A stretch of DNA of 64,000 nucleotides from an uncultured Verrucomicrobiota bacterium (GTDB lineage Bacteria; Verrucomicrobiota; Verrucomicrobiia; Limisphaerales; UBA9464), in NCBI GenBank assembly GCA_964474315.1, contig CAYYSX010000002.1, positions 8,938 to 72,937 of the forward strand, in the 5' to 3' direction. How positions within the stretch are numbered: position 1 is the first letter of the stretch; each line of letters starts with the position of its first letter. Below are positions 46,753 to 55,293 of this stretch, in pieces. The notes under the pieces are model-generated. The model had not been told where the DNA came from. It saw only the letters and a program-made list of their open reading frames with translations, and searched no databases. A program made the position numbers and the translations under genes.

Positions 46753-47532
46753 TCAATCGGAGGACAGCTTGATGATCGTGCGGGTGCCGTTGGGTGCGGA
46801 AATTACAAGTTCCTCTTTGCCAATGGCAACAATCTTGTAGGTCGTGCCGGCCAGCACGAGGGTGTCATCAGCGCGCTTTCCCGGAAAGTCGCGGTTTTCG
46901 AAGCGGAGGTCGGCCTGGTATCCCATCACCTTCTCGAAGGGCTTCCCTTTGGCCAAGGTCACCTGCTCGCCGCCCGCCAGTTCGATCACCACCTCACCGG
47001 CCGAATCCTTGGGACCGCGCACTTCTCGCAGAAGGAAAAAATTGTTCTTGGTCCCTTCGGTCAGCGACAGCGTGACAGGGCGTCGTTCGCTTGGTCTCTT
47101 AGCGTGTTGCTGTTCGATGGCGAATTGGTAGCGATACGGATCACCGATTCCGGTCGGACCGACATAGGTGACGCTCAGGTTGAGTGGGCGGATCGCCACC
47201 ACTTTGAGTGTCGCGGCGAGGTTTCGACCCGGATCCGGCTTCAGTTCGCTTGGATTAGCACCGCGAATCCAACGGACCGGATTGAACACGTTGTGGTCGC
47301 CCGACAAATTGAGATTCACCGGCTGGGACATCCTCTGAACGGCAGCGACGGAATTGGTGAGGTCCACCGGCGGCAGCGGTTTCCGACTACCACGCACCCT
47401 CGTTTGGAGCTGCTCGTCCAGCGAGGATTGGACCGCACTGACCGTCTGGGTCAGCCAAAAGGCAGCGGCGGCGACGACCAGGAGGACTACGCTGAGAATG
47501 AGCTTTTCGTAGTGCTTCTTCAGAAAATCCAT
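46753..47532 (-). CDS. bitopic membrane-anchored hypothetical protein (positional equivalent of Amuc_1099 in the Akkermansia pilus-like cluster)
   Basis: 259 aa. Single N-terminal TM helix (LILSVVLLVVAAAAFWL). Sits between the Amuc_1100-like gene and the secretin. The equivalence is by position only. Confidence 0.55.
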   Translation of the reverse strand: MDFLKKHYEKLILSVVLLVVAAAAFWLTQTVSAVQSSLDEQLQTRVRGSRKPLPPVDLTNSVAAVQRMSQPVNLNLSGDHNVFNPVRWIRGANPSELKPDPGRNLAATLKVVAIRPLNLSVTYVGPTGIGDPYRYQFAIEQQHAKRPSERRPVTLSLTEGTKNNFFLLREVRGPKDSAGEVVIELAGGEQVTLAKGKPFEKVMGYQADLRFENRDFPGKRADDTLVLAGTTYKIVAIGKEELVISAPNGTRTIIKLSSD

Positions 47533-47565
47533 GACGACCAGGAAGAGGGGGTGGCGGGTACGGTA

Positions 47566-48582
47566 CTAGTTCACCGCGTTGGGGCGCCCCGGATTCTCGG
47601 CCTTGTCACGGGGAAGGAGTTTGACCAATTCGATACCAAGAGTGACGCGGAGCGGCTTCTCGTCGAGAACCACTTCTCCGGGACGGTTGGCAGTCGGTAG
47701 CGCTACCTGTGGAACCGCGGGCTGCCCTTGATACCGTCCTGGGGTGAGTCCATAACGCCGAGCCAAAGTCGGATCTCTGGCATAGGGGCTGGCCCCTGGC
47801 ATCGCCATCGGCATGGCGGCGGTTGACGTCGCGGGCGTGTCGAGATTTCCGCGCTCGACATTGAGTGTTTTGACGATGAACGACTCCGGCGCCTCTACTA
47901 AGCCCATCAAGACAGCGGCGAGTTCCTGACTGAAGACTTGAACCACCACCTCATAGGGGTAGCTCACCGAGTTCATCGCCGAGTTGGTGGTAATCTTGCG
48001 GGTCAAAAAGGCACCCGTTCCGGCCGATTCATTGGTCCCCACCGGCGCACGCTTGAAGGAAACGATGGACGGAACTTTGGCGTCAAACAGAATGCGGCAC
48101 AGACTCTGGATGTCGGCCAATTGCGCCGAAAGAGATGGCAACGAACTGACGGAGAGCTGAAGCTGTTTGCGTTGTTCGTCGAAGGTAAATCCGTAGGTAG
48201 GACTGGAGCCTTTATCCGGAAGCTGCACCCCGGCCCGTTCCGCTTCTCGAGTCAATTCTGTGATCGTGGCTTCGAGATGTGATTTGAATCCGGCGGTATC
48301 GAGCCCTTCAGGAGGGGTTCGTTCCGTAAAATGATTGCGGGCCTCCTTGATGAAACGTTGCACCCGCGCTTCCTCCTCCTTAGCCAACTGTATGTTGGCA
48401 GTGTCGGGGTACACCGGACGCTGAACCAGGCTGTCTAACTGGCTGTTCTTGGCCTGCAATTCCGCGTCCACGCCATCCGCCTCGCTCTTGGTACCCAACA
48501 AGTACCAGACCCCGGCGCCCATCAGGACCACAGCGACGGCAAGCGCAATGACAAAGCCGAGGTTTTTCTTGACCCAGTCCAT
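47566..48582 (-). CDS. Amuc_1100-family pilus-like protein (bitopic, coiled-coil N-region)
   Basis: 338 aa. N-terminal TM helix (LGFVIALAVAVVLMGAGVWYLL), a coiled-coil segment and a C-terminal ...PLRVTLGIELVKL. The architecture and neighbours (PilM-like upstream, secretin downstream) match my recollection of Amuc_1100. Not aligned. Confidence 0.6.
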   Translation of the reverse strand: MDWVKKNLGFVIALAVAVVLMGAGVWYLLGTKSEADGVDAELQAKNSQLDSLVQRPVYPDTANIQLAKEEEARVQRFIKEARNHFTERTPPEGLDTAGFKSHLEATITELTREAERAGVQLPDKGSSPTYGFTFDEQRKQLQLSVSSLPSLSAQLADIQSLCRILFDAKVPSIVSFKRAPVGTNESAGTGAFLTRKITTNSAMNSVSYPYEVVVQVFSQELAAVLMGLVEAPESFIVKTLNVERGNLDTPATSTAAMPMAMPGASPYARDPTLARRYGLTPGRYQGQPAVPQVALPTANRPGEVVLDEKPLRVTLGIELVKLLPRDKAENPGRPNAVN

Positions 48583-48583
48583 A

Positions 48584-50455
48584 TCAGAGCTTGATGGGGC
48601 GTTTCAGTTTCACCTTGAGCGGGAAGGAGAAGGAGGGAGAGTCAGAAGAAACTTGCTCCAGATTTCCCGACAGCAGGGTTTCCTTACCATCGAAGATCTC
48701 GGAACCCTGCATCGCCTTCTCCACCGCGTAGGCAATTTCACTGTTGGCTTTGGGATTCAGATTGACGGAACGGATGGTGAGGTTGATCACCGCGACCTCG
48801 TTGGTGTTGGCCGGACCCTTGGACTCCGGTTTGGCCGGTTCCGCGCCTTCGCCGCCTTCACCCTCGCCCATCGGTCTCATCGGCATCAGGCCATAGCGTC
48901 GAGCCAGGACCGGATCCATCCGATAGAATCCCCCTGGCCCCGAGGACTCCTCGACCGCATCCGCCACGGCCAAATCCTTGGATGGCTCGGTGGACAGGAG
49001 GGTATCGATCCAGATTCCAACGGGTACGCCCAGTCGCGATCGTGATTCAGCCTCCGTCCCTTCGAGTACGGCTCGGAGTTCTCCCAGGATCTGCACCCAA
49101 GTCAGACGGTCTTCGACCCAGGTACCGAACTGCGTGGCTTCCTCCGTGACCTGTCTCAGGCGCCCCTCGGCGGACTCCAACTGAGCCTTGGTTGCCTCCA
49201 GCGGCTGAAGCTGTTGGTCAATTTTGGCCAACCCATCGCGTCGCACTTCGGCGACCCGCGAAAAGAACCAGCCGACCGCAAAGACTCCCAAGACCGCGGC
49301 GTAAGCGGCGGCGATCAAGAAGGGTTTCTTGGCATTGAACTGCTGACGGGCCAAGGAAGCACGCGGCATCAGGTTCAGCTCCACCGGGCATTGGGCCACG
49401 TTGCGAAGGCCAAGACCGATGACCTCGCCAAACTGTGGAGCGAGGCCTTCCAACCGGGACACATCGACCGACGGGTCGATTTCGACGTTGCGAAACGGAT
49501 TGAAGAATTCGACCGGGAGGTTGAGCTTTTCCTCAAAAAACTGCGCCGCATAAGGCATCAGCGAGCCGCCCCCGCACAGGAAGACGCGGACTGGCGTTGC
49601 CCCCCCTTGCTGGGTGCGGTAAAATTGAATGGTCTGATTGACCTGGAGATGGAGGCGGGTCAGGACATTCCGGGCGACTTTGGACACGGCGGCAATCCGC
49701 GGATTGTCCGGCTCCTCGTAGGCCCCACCGAGACTGACGAAACCGTCGCTGACCTTGAATCTCTCGGCCTCATCGAACCGCATCTTGCCCTCAGCGGCGA
49801 ATTCTTGAGTGATGGCGTTGGCCCCGACATTGACGCTGCGGGCGTAGTACTTGGTAGGCTCGAACAGGAGGACGTTGCTGGTCTTCGCCCCGATGTCGAT
49901 CAACAGGCTGCAGCCTTCCTGATCCCCGTAGTTGTAGCGGAAGGCATTCGCCAGAGCCCCAATGGAGGCATCCACCACCTGCATCCTCAGGCCGGCTGCT
50001 TCGCCGGCGCCGAAGATCTGCTTCTCCACGACCTCGGACTTGATGGCAACCAACAGGACCTCGAGTTCCCCATTCGCACTGGTGCCGAGGATTTGGTAAT
50101 CCCAAGCGGTTTCGGCAAGGGGGAACGGTACATTCTGTTGTGCCTCGTACTGAATGATTTGCGTAACTTTCGAGGTATCAACCGGGGGTAGCTTGACGAA
50201 CTTGGAGAAAACCTGGAACCCCGGGGCGCATAGGTTGACATCCTTCGAGGTGAACCCGCCTTCGGCGAGCAACTCGGCCAGGGCCTTCTTCACCGCACCC
50301 TCGCGAGCCGCATCCTGTGACCCGGCGAGACCGAGCGGTTTCAGGCCAAAACGCAACAGGCGCAGACCGCTGTTCTCGGCCGGCGCCAGCTCCGCGATCT
50401 TCAGGGTCCCTGCCCCGAAGTCCACCGCCAGAAAAGTTTTCGACGTTTTGAGCAT
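48584..50455 (-). CDS. type IV pilus assembly protein PilM fused to a PilN-like TM/coiled-coil module and a C-terminal extension
   Basis: ATG 50455 (MLKTSKTFLAVDFGAGTLKIAELA). Actin-like ATPase fold motifs (LLIDIGAKTSN, VFLCGGGSLMPY). Then a TM helix KKPFLIAAAYAAVLGVFAVGWFF and a coiled coil. The maximal ORF starts at 50527. Confidence 0.8.
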   Translation of the reverse strand: MLKTSKTFLAVDFGAGTLKIAELAPAENSGLRLLRFGLKPLGLAGSQDAAREGAVKKALAELLAEGGFTSKDVNLCAPGFQVFSKFVKLPPVDTSKVTQIIQYEAQQNVPFPLAETAWDYQILGTSANGELEVLLVAIKSEVVEKQIFGAGEAAGLRMQVVDASIGALANAFRYNYGDQEGCSLLIDIGAKTSNVLLFEPTKYYARSVNVGANAITQEFAAEGKMRFDEAERFKVSDGFVSLGGAYEEPDNPRIAAVSKVARNVLTRLHLQVNQTIQFYRTQQGGATPVRVFLCGGGSLMPYAAQFFEEKLNLPVEFFNPFRNVEIDPSVDVSRLEGLAPQFGEVIGLGLRNVAQCPVELNLMPRASLARQQFNAKKPFLIAAAYAAVLGVFAVGWFFSRVAEVRRDGLAKIDQQLQPLEATKAQLESAEGRLRQVTEEATQFGTWVEDRLTWVQILGELRAVLEGTEAESRSRLGVPVGIWIDTLLSTEPSKDLAVADAVEESSGPGGFYRMDPVLARRYGLMPMRPMGEGEGGEGAEPAKPESKGPANTNEVAVINLTIRSVNLNPKANSEIAYAVEKAMQGSEIFDGKETLLSGNLEQVSSDSPSFSFPLKVKLKRPIKL

Positions 50456-50778
50456 GGTGACGTGTGTTGGAGTGCCAACCTGCCAAAAAAATTGCCCGCA
50501 TGCGAAAGCTCGCAGGCGAGCGATCATGGCTAAGGCGAAGGGCTACGTAAGAAATGCGAAGAAGCCGGTCAAACACAAAAACCCCTTCACGGCAGAAAAA
50601 TTTACAGGTGTTTACGTTCTCCGGTCCTGCTCGCGTTGCTTTTCGCTCCGACACCACCGCCAAAACCGTCTGGCTGGCCAAGGATCGGGGCCACCTGTCG
50701 CCAACCAGTCCAAAGTGGCTTTCAAACCGCAAGATCACCAAGCCCGGCGCAGGTTCACCGCCGCCTCACCCGATGTCA

Positions 50779-51510
50779 TCAGCCCGATGGCGCGTCTCCC
50801 CCTCGGCAGACCGTTTCCGAAGGGCAGCCAGCGGACAAGACCTGCTCCACCGTAATTTCCGCGAGTGACTCCACAGCGAGAGCAGGCGAGTGCTCCTGGA
50901 GTTCCGCTAGCGAGCTGCCTCCCGTCGCCACTGCCAGGCATCGGGCCTGGATGGCCCGGGCACATTCAATGTCCGCGCGCGTGTCGCCAATCACCACGAT
51001 TTCGTCGCCAACCAGGGGCCGGCCGACGTGATCGGAACCTCGTTGAAGGGCGATCCGGGCCAGATCGTTCCGGTTTTCGTGGTCGTCGCCAAAGGCCCCC
51101 AGTTCGAACTGTTCGGCCAGTCCGTGCGCCCGCAACTTCAAGCCGGCGCCCAGCCGCACATTGCCCGTCAGCAGCCCCATCACGGGGCGTTCCGGATGTC
51201 CCCGCAACGCTCCCAGCAATTCCCTGACACCGGGGCAAACCTCGCCTCTTTGGCGTTCCATTTCGCGTTCCAGAAAATGGACGTACGCCGCCAAAAACCG
51301 CTGGATGTTCTCTCCCGAATCAGGAAGTCCGTTGACCTGGAAAAACTCCCGGATCAGCGAGACATCGGTCCGTCCATGAAACCGCAGCGACTCGGTTCCG
51401 CCCGGCCGGCCGAATACCTCTTGGGCCGTCAGTGCGAAAGCCTTTACGCCAGCGCCACCCGTACGAATCAGGGTTCCGTCAATGTCGAAGAGAATCAACC
51501 GCGTCCTCAC
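50779..51510 (-). CDS. HAD-superfamily hydrolase (phosphoglycolate-phosphatase-like, subfamily IA)
   Basis: 243 aa. Motif I LILFDIDGTLI and later VVIGDTRADIECA (motif IV-like). Confidence 0.85.
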   Translation of the reverse strand: MRTRLILFDIDGTLIRTGGAGVKAFALTAQEVFGRPGGTESLRFHGRTDVSLIREFFQVNGLPDSGENIQRFLAAYVHFLEREMERQRGEVCPGVRELLGALRGHPERPVMGLLTGNVRLGAGLKLRAHGLAEQFELGAFGDDHENRNDLARIALQRGSDHVGRPLVGDEIVVIGDTRADIECARAIQARCLAVATGGSSLAELQEHSPALAVESLAEITVEQVLSAGCPSETVCRGGDAPSG

Positions 51511-51581
51511 CGCGCGAGTTTCCGGGAGGCTCTACCGCTTGTCGATTCGAGCGAATCGTTCGGCAGAAAGACACGAAAAAG

Positions 51582-53666
51582 CTACGCGCCTGCCACCATG
51601 CCGGCCTTGAGTCCTCGGCTGACGACCTCCCGCGCCAGTTCAACCAACACCCGGTCCCGGCGCAGATCACCGAAATTGAGGTTCGGGATCCCACTTTGCT
51701 GCTGTCCCACCAGCTCACCCGGACCGCGCAGCTCCAGATCTGCCTCGGCGATGGCGAACCCGTCAGAGGTTTCGGCCAGCACCTTCAAGCGTGCATCGGC
51801 ATCGGGAGTCCGGTCGTCCGCGATCACGATACAATGAGACTCCTCCGAACCTCGGCCAATCCGGCCCCGCAACTGATGTAATTGCGCCAGCCCGAACTGC
51901 CCCGCGTCTTCAATCACCATCACGGTGGCGTTGGGAACGTCCACCCCCACCTCCAGAACGGTCGTCGCCACTAAGACGTGCAAGATGCCAGACCGAAAAT
52001 CGTTCATGGCCGCCTCCTTCACGTCCGCCCGTAACTGGCCGTGGAGCAACCCGACCCGAAAGGGTGCCACCTCCTGCTGGACGCGGTGGAACTCTCCGGT
52101 GACCGCCTTCACGTCATCGTGCTCGGATTCCGCTACGCGGGGGTAGATCACGTACGCCTGCCGGCCGGCCTCAAGCTGGGTCCGAACGAATTTCCACACC
52201 TTCGGCAACGCCGCCCGGGTCCTTACGTACGTCCGAATCCGCTTTCGGCCGCCGGGAAGTTCATCCAGCACACTGACATCCAGGTCGCCGTACAGCGTCA
52301 GGCCCAGCGTGCGCGGGATGGGGGTCGCGGTCATGATCAGCAGATGTGGGTATCGGCCCTTGCGGACGAGCGCCTCCCGCTGGGTCACGCCAAACTTGTG
52401 CTGCTCATCAATGATGACGAGTCCCAGCCGTTCCGGTACAAACCCAGACTGAAGAAGGGCATGCGTTCCCACGGTGAGGACCGGTTGATGCTCCGAGATT
52501 CCGGTGACCCGGTTCAGCAACCCTTCCTCACGGACTTCGGTCTTCCGGCTGCCGGTGCGAAGATGGACTCCGACTCCGAGGGGCCCCATCCAGCGGCGGA
52601 AATTCTGGAACAACTGTTCCGCCAAAATCTCCGTGGGTGCCATGACCGCCACCTCAAAGCCGCTCTCCAGAGTCATCAGCGCCACGGCGGCGGCCACCAA
52701 TGTCTTGCCCGACCCCACATCGCCCTGAAGCAGGCGGCGCATCGGAACCGAACCGCCGAGATCGGCGCGCAGTTCGCGGAGAACCCGTTGTTGGGCGCCG
52801 GTCAAAGGAAAGCCGAGCCGAGTCAAAAAGGGACGCATCAACCGATTGTCGCCGGCACAGGGCAAGGCCTGGGCATTGGCCTCCAACCGACGCCGACGCC
52901 GTTGGATGGCGAGTTGCAGTTCGACCAACTCATCCAGAGCTAGGCGCTGCCGTCCCAGATCGGCCTCCCACGGCTTTTCGGGGAAATGAACTTGACGAAG
53001 GGCCTCGGCCGCCCGGGGAAGCGGATGGGCTTCAAGGAGAAGCTGCCGGCTGCCTGGCCCCACCGCCGGTCGAACGGTCAATTGGTGCAACGCCAGTTCC
53101 GGACGCGGTTCTGGCCACAACCCCGCAAACCGCTCCACTGCCTGCCAGGTCAAGCTACGCAGGACGCGCTGGGTCAACCCTTGGGTGAGCGGATAGACGG
53201 GGACCAAGCGGTTTAGGTGGACGTTCTCTTCGTCGCCTAGTTGGACCTTCTCGGTTTCGGGATGGTCCATGGTGCGGGGCCGAATCGAGTGGACCCGACC
53301 AAACACCAGCAGGTCGTCACCGACTGCGAAGAGGCGTTCCAGAAACGGCAAGTTCCACCAGCGGCAATGCAATCGAGCCGAACCATCGTCCACGATGAGC
53401 AGAAAGACCGATTTCCCGCTACGAAAGCGGTTAACCCCCAGGCTAACCACCCGTCCCCGTACCGTGGCGTTGCCGCCGAGCTCCACATCGCGGATTGGGC
53501 AAAACCGGCGGCGATCCTCATAGGTCCGGGGGGCGTGCAGCAGCAATTCGCGGATGGTCCGGAGGCCTAGACGGTGCAGCAGCGCCACGCGGTCGGAACC
53601 CACTCCGCGCAGAACAGTCAACGGCGAATCCAACCCGGGATCTGAAGGGGACGAATTCAGCGGCAC
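51582..53666 (-). CDS. recG: ATP-dependent DNA helicase RecG
   Basis: 694 aa. Wedge/OB N-domain. Helicase motifs GDVGSGKT, VIIDEQHKFG, MTATPIPRT and QLHQLRGRIGRG. Confidence 0.95.
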   Translation of the reverse strand: MPLNSSPSDPGLDSPLTVLRGVGSDRVALLHRLGLRTIRELLLHAPRTYEDRRRFCPIRDVELGGNATVRGRVVSLGVNRFRSGKSVFLLIVDDGSARLHCRWWNLPFLERLFAVGDDLLVFGRVHSIRPRTMDHPETEKVQLGDEENVHLNRLVPVYPLTQGLTQRVLRSLTWQAVERFAGLWPEPRPELALHQLTVRPAVGPGSRQLLLEAHPLPRAAEALRQVHFPEKPWEADLGRQRLALDELVELQLAIQRRRRRLEANAQALPCAGDNRLMRPFLTRLGFPLTGAQQRVLRELRADLGGSVPMRRLLQGDVGSGKTLVAAAVALMTLESGFEVAVMAPTEILAEQLFQNFRRWMGPLGVGVHLRTGSRKTEVREEGLLNRVTGISEHQPVLTVGTHALLQSGFVPERLGLVIIDEQHKFGVTQREALVRKGRYPHLLIMTATPIPRTLGLTLYGDLDVSVLDELPGGRKRIRTYVRTRAALPKVWKFVRTQLEAGRQAYVIYPRVAESEHDDVKAVTGEFHRVQQEVAPFRVGLLHGQLRADVKEAAMNDFRSGILHVLVATTVLEVGVDVPNATVMVIEDAGQFGLAQLHQLRGRIGRGSEESHCIVIADDRTPDADARLKVLAETSDGFAIAEADLELRGPGELVGQQQSGIPNLNFGDLRRDRVLVELAREVVSRGLKAGMVAGA

Positions 53667-53763
53667 AGGGCGAGTTTGCCGGGAAAGAAGAAGCCGGGCT
53701 ATGGCTGAACTTGGTGATCGGGTTGGGTCAGCCTCCGAGCCGGTTTGAGTTTTCCAACCGCTT

Positions 53764-54384
53764 TTAAAGCGTCAACTGCACCAGACGCTCTTGCAGTTGT
53801 CCGGTCCAGCGCTCCACGTAACTGAAGGACCGGTAAATCAGCTCTAGCCGTTCCAAAGGCAGCGCTGCCCGCCGGCCGGGTTCACCCACGGCCGGAGCCG
53901 CTTCCCATGCCGCATTCATCGACTTCAATTCCCCCACCAGTTCCTCCCGCCGGGCGTTGACTCGCTGTTGCAACGCCTGAAACCGGTCCAACCAGCCCAG
54001 CCCTTCCTGGAGCAGTTGGAGTTTCATCATGGGCGAAGTTACCGAGGCCTTTCGCTTCAGGAACTCGTCCGCGTCCCGACAGGCCTGCCCTACCTCGACA
54101 AATAGCTCCATCGTCCCCGACGGGATGCGCTGGATGTCTTGGGGCCGCTCTCCCGCTTCCAGTTCGTACAAATGCAACAGCCGATCGCGGGGTTCGCGCA
54201 GGGTCTGGTAGGCTGCATTCAGCTCGGTATAGCGGGCGGTGGCCGCTTCTTTCTCCGCCGCCGAGGCACCATGAACGCGGTCTGGATGCAGCTCCGCCGA
54301 CAGGGGCAGAAAGCGCGCCTTCAAGGCCCCGGCATCCAGCCAAGGCCGACGCGGTTCGGAGAACAGGACGAAAGCGTCAGTCAC
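53764..54384 (-). CDS. hscB: Fe-S cluster co-chaperone HscB-like J-domain protein
   Basis: 206 aa from a GTG that overlaps the upstream stop (GTGA). N-terminal pattern DAFVLFSEPRRPWLDAGALKARFLPLSAELHPDR (J-domain HPD) with a helical C-domain. The maximal ORF (TTG 54411) would overlap iscA by 31 nt. Confidence 0.7.
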   Translation of the reverse strand: MTDAFVLFSEPRRPWLDAGALKARFLPLSAELHPDRVHGASAAEKEAATARYTELNAAYQTLREPRDRLLHLYELEAGERPQDIQRIPSGTMELFVEVGQACRDADEFLKRKASVTSPMMKLQLLQEGLGWLDRFQALQQRVNARREELVGELKSMNAAWEAAPAVGEPGRRAALPLERLELIYRSFSYVERWTGQLQERLVQLTL

Positions 54385-54779
54385 GCGCTGAAGCTCTCCC
54401 CGCAGGAACAACTGGTGGCGGCGTTGGGATTCTTTACCTTGAAGCCGCCGTCCGTGAGGGCATCGACGTAGTCCAGCTCCGAACCGGTCACATATAAGGC
54501 GCTCTTGGGATCGACCACCACGCGAACGCCAGCGCTTTCGACCAGAATATCACGATTCTGCGGCTGGTCCTGCAGATCCATCTTGTACTGAAGACCGGAA
54601 CAGCCGCCCCCGACCACGGCGACCCGCAACACGCCGGACGGGCGGCCCTGTTTGGTGAGCAACGACGTGACCTTGTGCCCCGCAGACGAGGTCAGTCGAA
54701 TGAGCCGCTCGTCACCCACCCGGAAGGCCGGCTGAGCGGAAGCGATTGGCGCTTGGGCACCGATTTTCCCTGCGATCAT
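54381..54779 (-). CDS. iron-sulfur cluster insertion/assembly protein, HesB/IscA/ErpA family
   Basis: 132 aa. Motifs GGGCSGLQYKM and C-terminal KNPNAATSCSCGESF. Confidence 0.85.
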   Translation of the reverse strand: MIAGKIGAQAPIASAQPAFRVGDERLIRLTSSAGHKVTSLLTKQGRPSGVLRVAVVGGGCSGLQYKMDLQDQPQNRDILVESAGVRVVVDPKSALYVTGSELDYVDALTDGGFKVKNPNAATSCSCGESFSA

Positions 54780-54822
54780 AACCCGTTCAGCCTACGGGTA
54801 CCCGCTGTGGGGGTCAACGAGC

Positions 54823-54980
54823 GGGGCGCATCTTGAATTGGTCCTTACCTGGATTGCGATAGGGGCGGGCGGCGAAAGCTCCAAGTTCAAAGTTCAAAGC
54901 TTAAGGGATGTTCCAAGAACGAAGCCGCAAGGCACCGCCACCCAACTCTGTCTGCCCTTGGTTCCCGCTTCCGCATTCCG
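54823..54980 (+). repeat. Family-1 repeat, copy G (long form with insertion)
   Basis: GGGGCGCATCTTGAATTGGTCCTTACCTGG...GAAAGCTCCAAGTTCAAAGTTCAAAGC...CCCTTGGTTCCCGCTTCCGCATTCCG. Confidence 0.7.
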
Positions 54981-54989
54981 ACTTCGTAT

Positions 54990-55048
54990 GGAGTCCCTCC
55001 TTTAGGCGGCGGAGCGCTGAGCGCTGGCTTCTCCCAACAACGGGGTTC
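54990..55048 (+). repeat. Family-2 intergenic repeat, copy 2
   Basis: See the copy at 9657-9719. Shared blocks: AGGCGGCGGAGCG and GGCTTCTCCCA. Confidence 0.65.
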
Positions 55049-55162
55049 TGTCGCCGACCGGTCGGTCCGGTCGGAGCACATGGCGACGCGGCCTCCTCTG
55101 AATCTCGGCGCCCAAGCCCACCACCACCCGCCACCCGCTACCCGGAGAGCTCGGTAGCTCAT

Positions 55163-55226
55163 GAGCCTTTGAGCCTTGGGAGCTTGGGCTCGGCCCGCCA
55201 TTTAAGGACAAAATCATGATGTGTCC
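55163..55226 (-). repeat. Family-1 repeat, copy H (short subtype, inverted relative to copy G)
   Basis: The minus strand reads GGACACATCATGATTTTGTCCTTAAATGGCGGGCCGAGCCCAAGCTCCCAAGGCTCAAAGGCTC. Colinear with copy B. Confidence 0.8.
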
Positions 55227-55293
55227 GCCGCCCCATTGATCTCCTGCTTTAGCTTGTCTTTCATGGCTGTTGTCCGTCAGTGTCACGCCCCGG

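Noticed and set aside
50456-50560. Possible sigma-54 promoter (TTGGCAGGTTGGCAC) upstream of the pilM-like gene
   Set aside because: The spacing between the GG and GC dinucleotides does not fit the TGGCAC-N5-TTGC consensus (GC falls about 3 nt too early). No other support was found.
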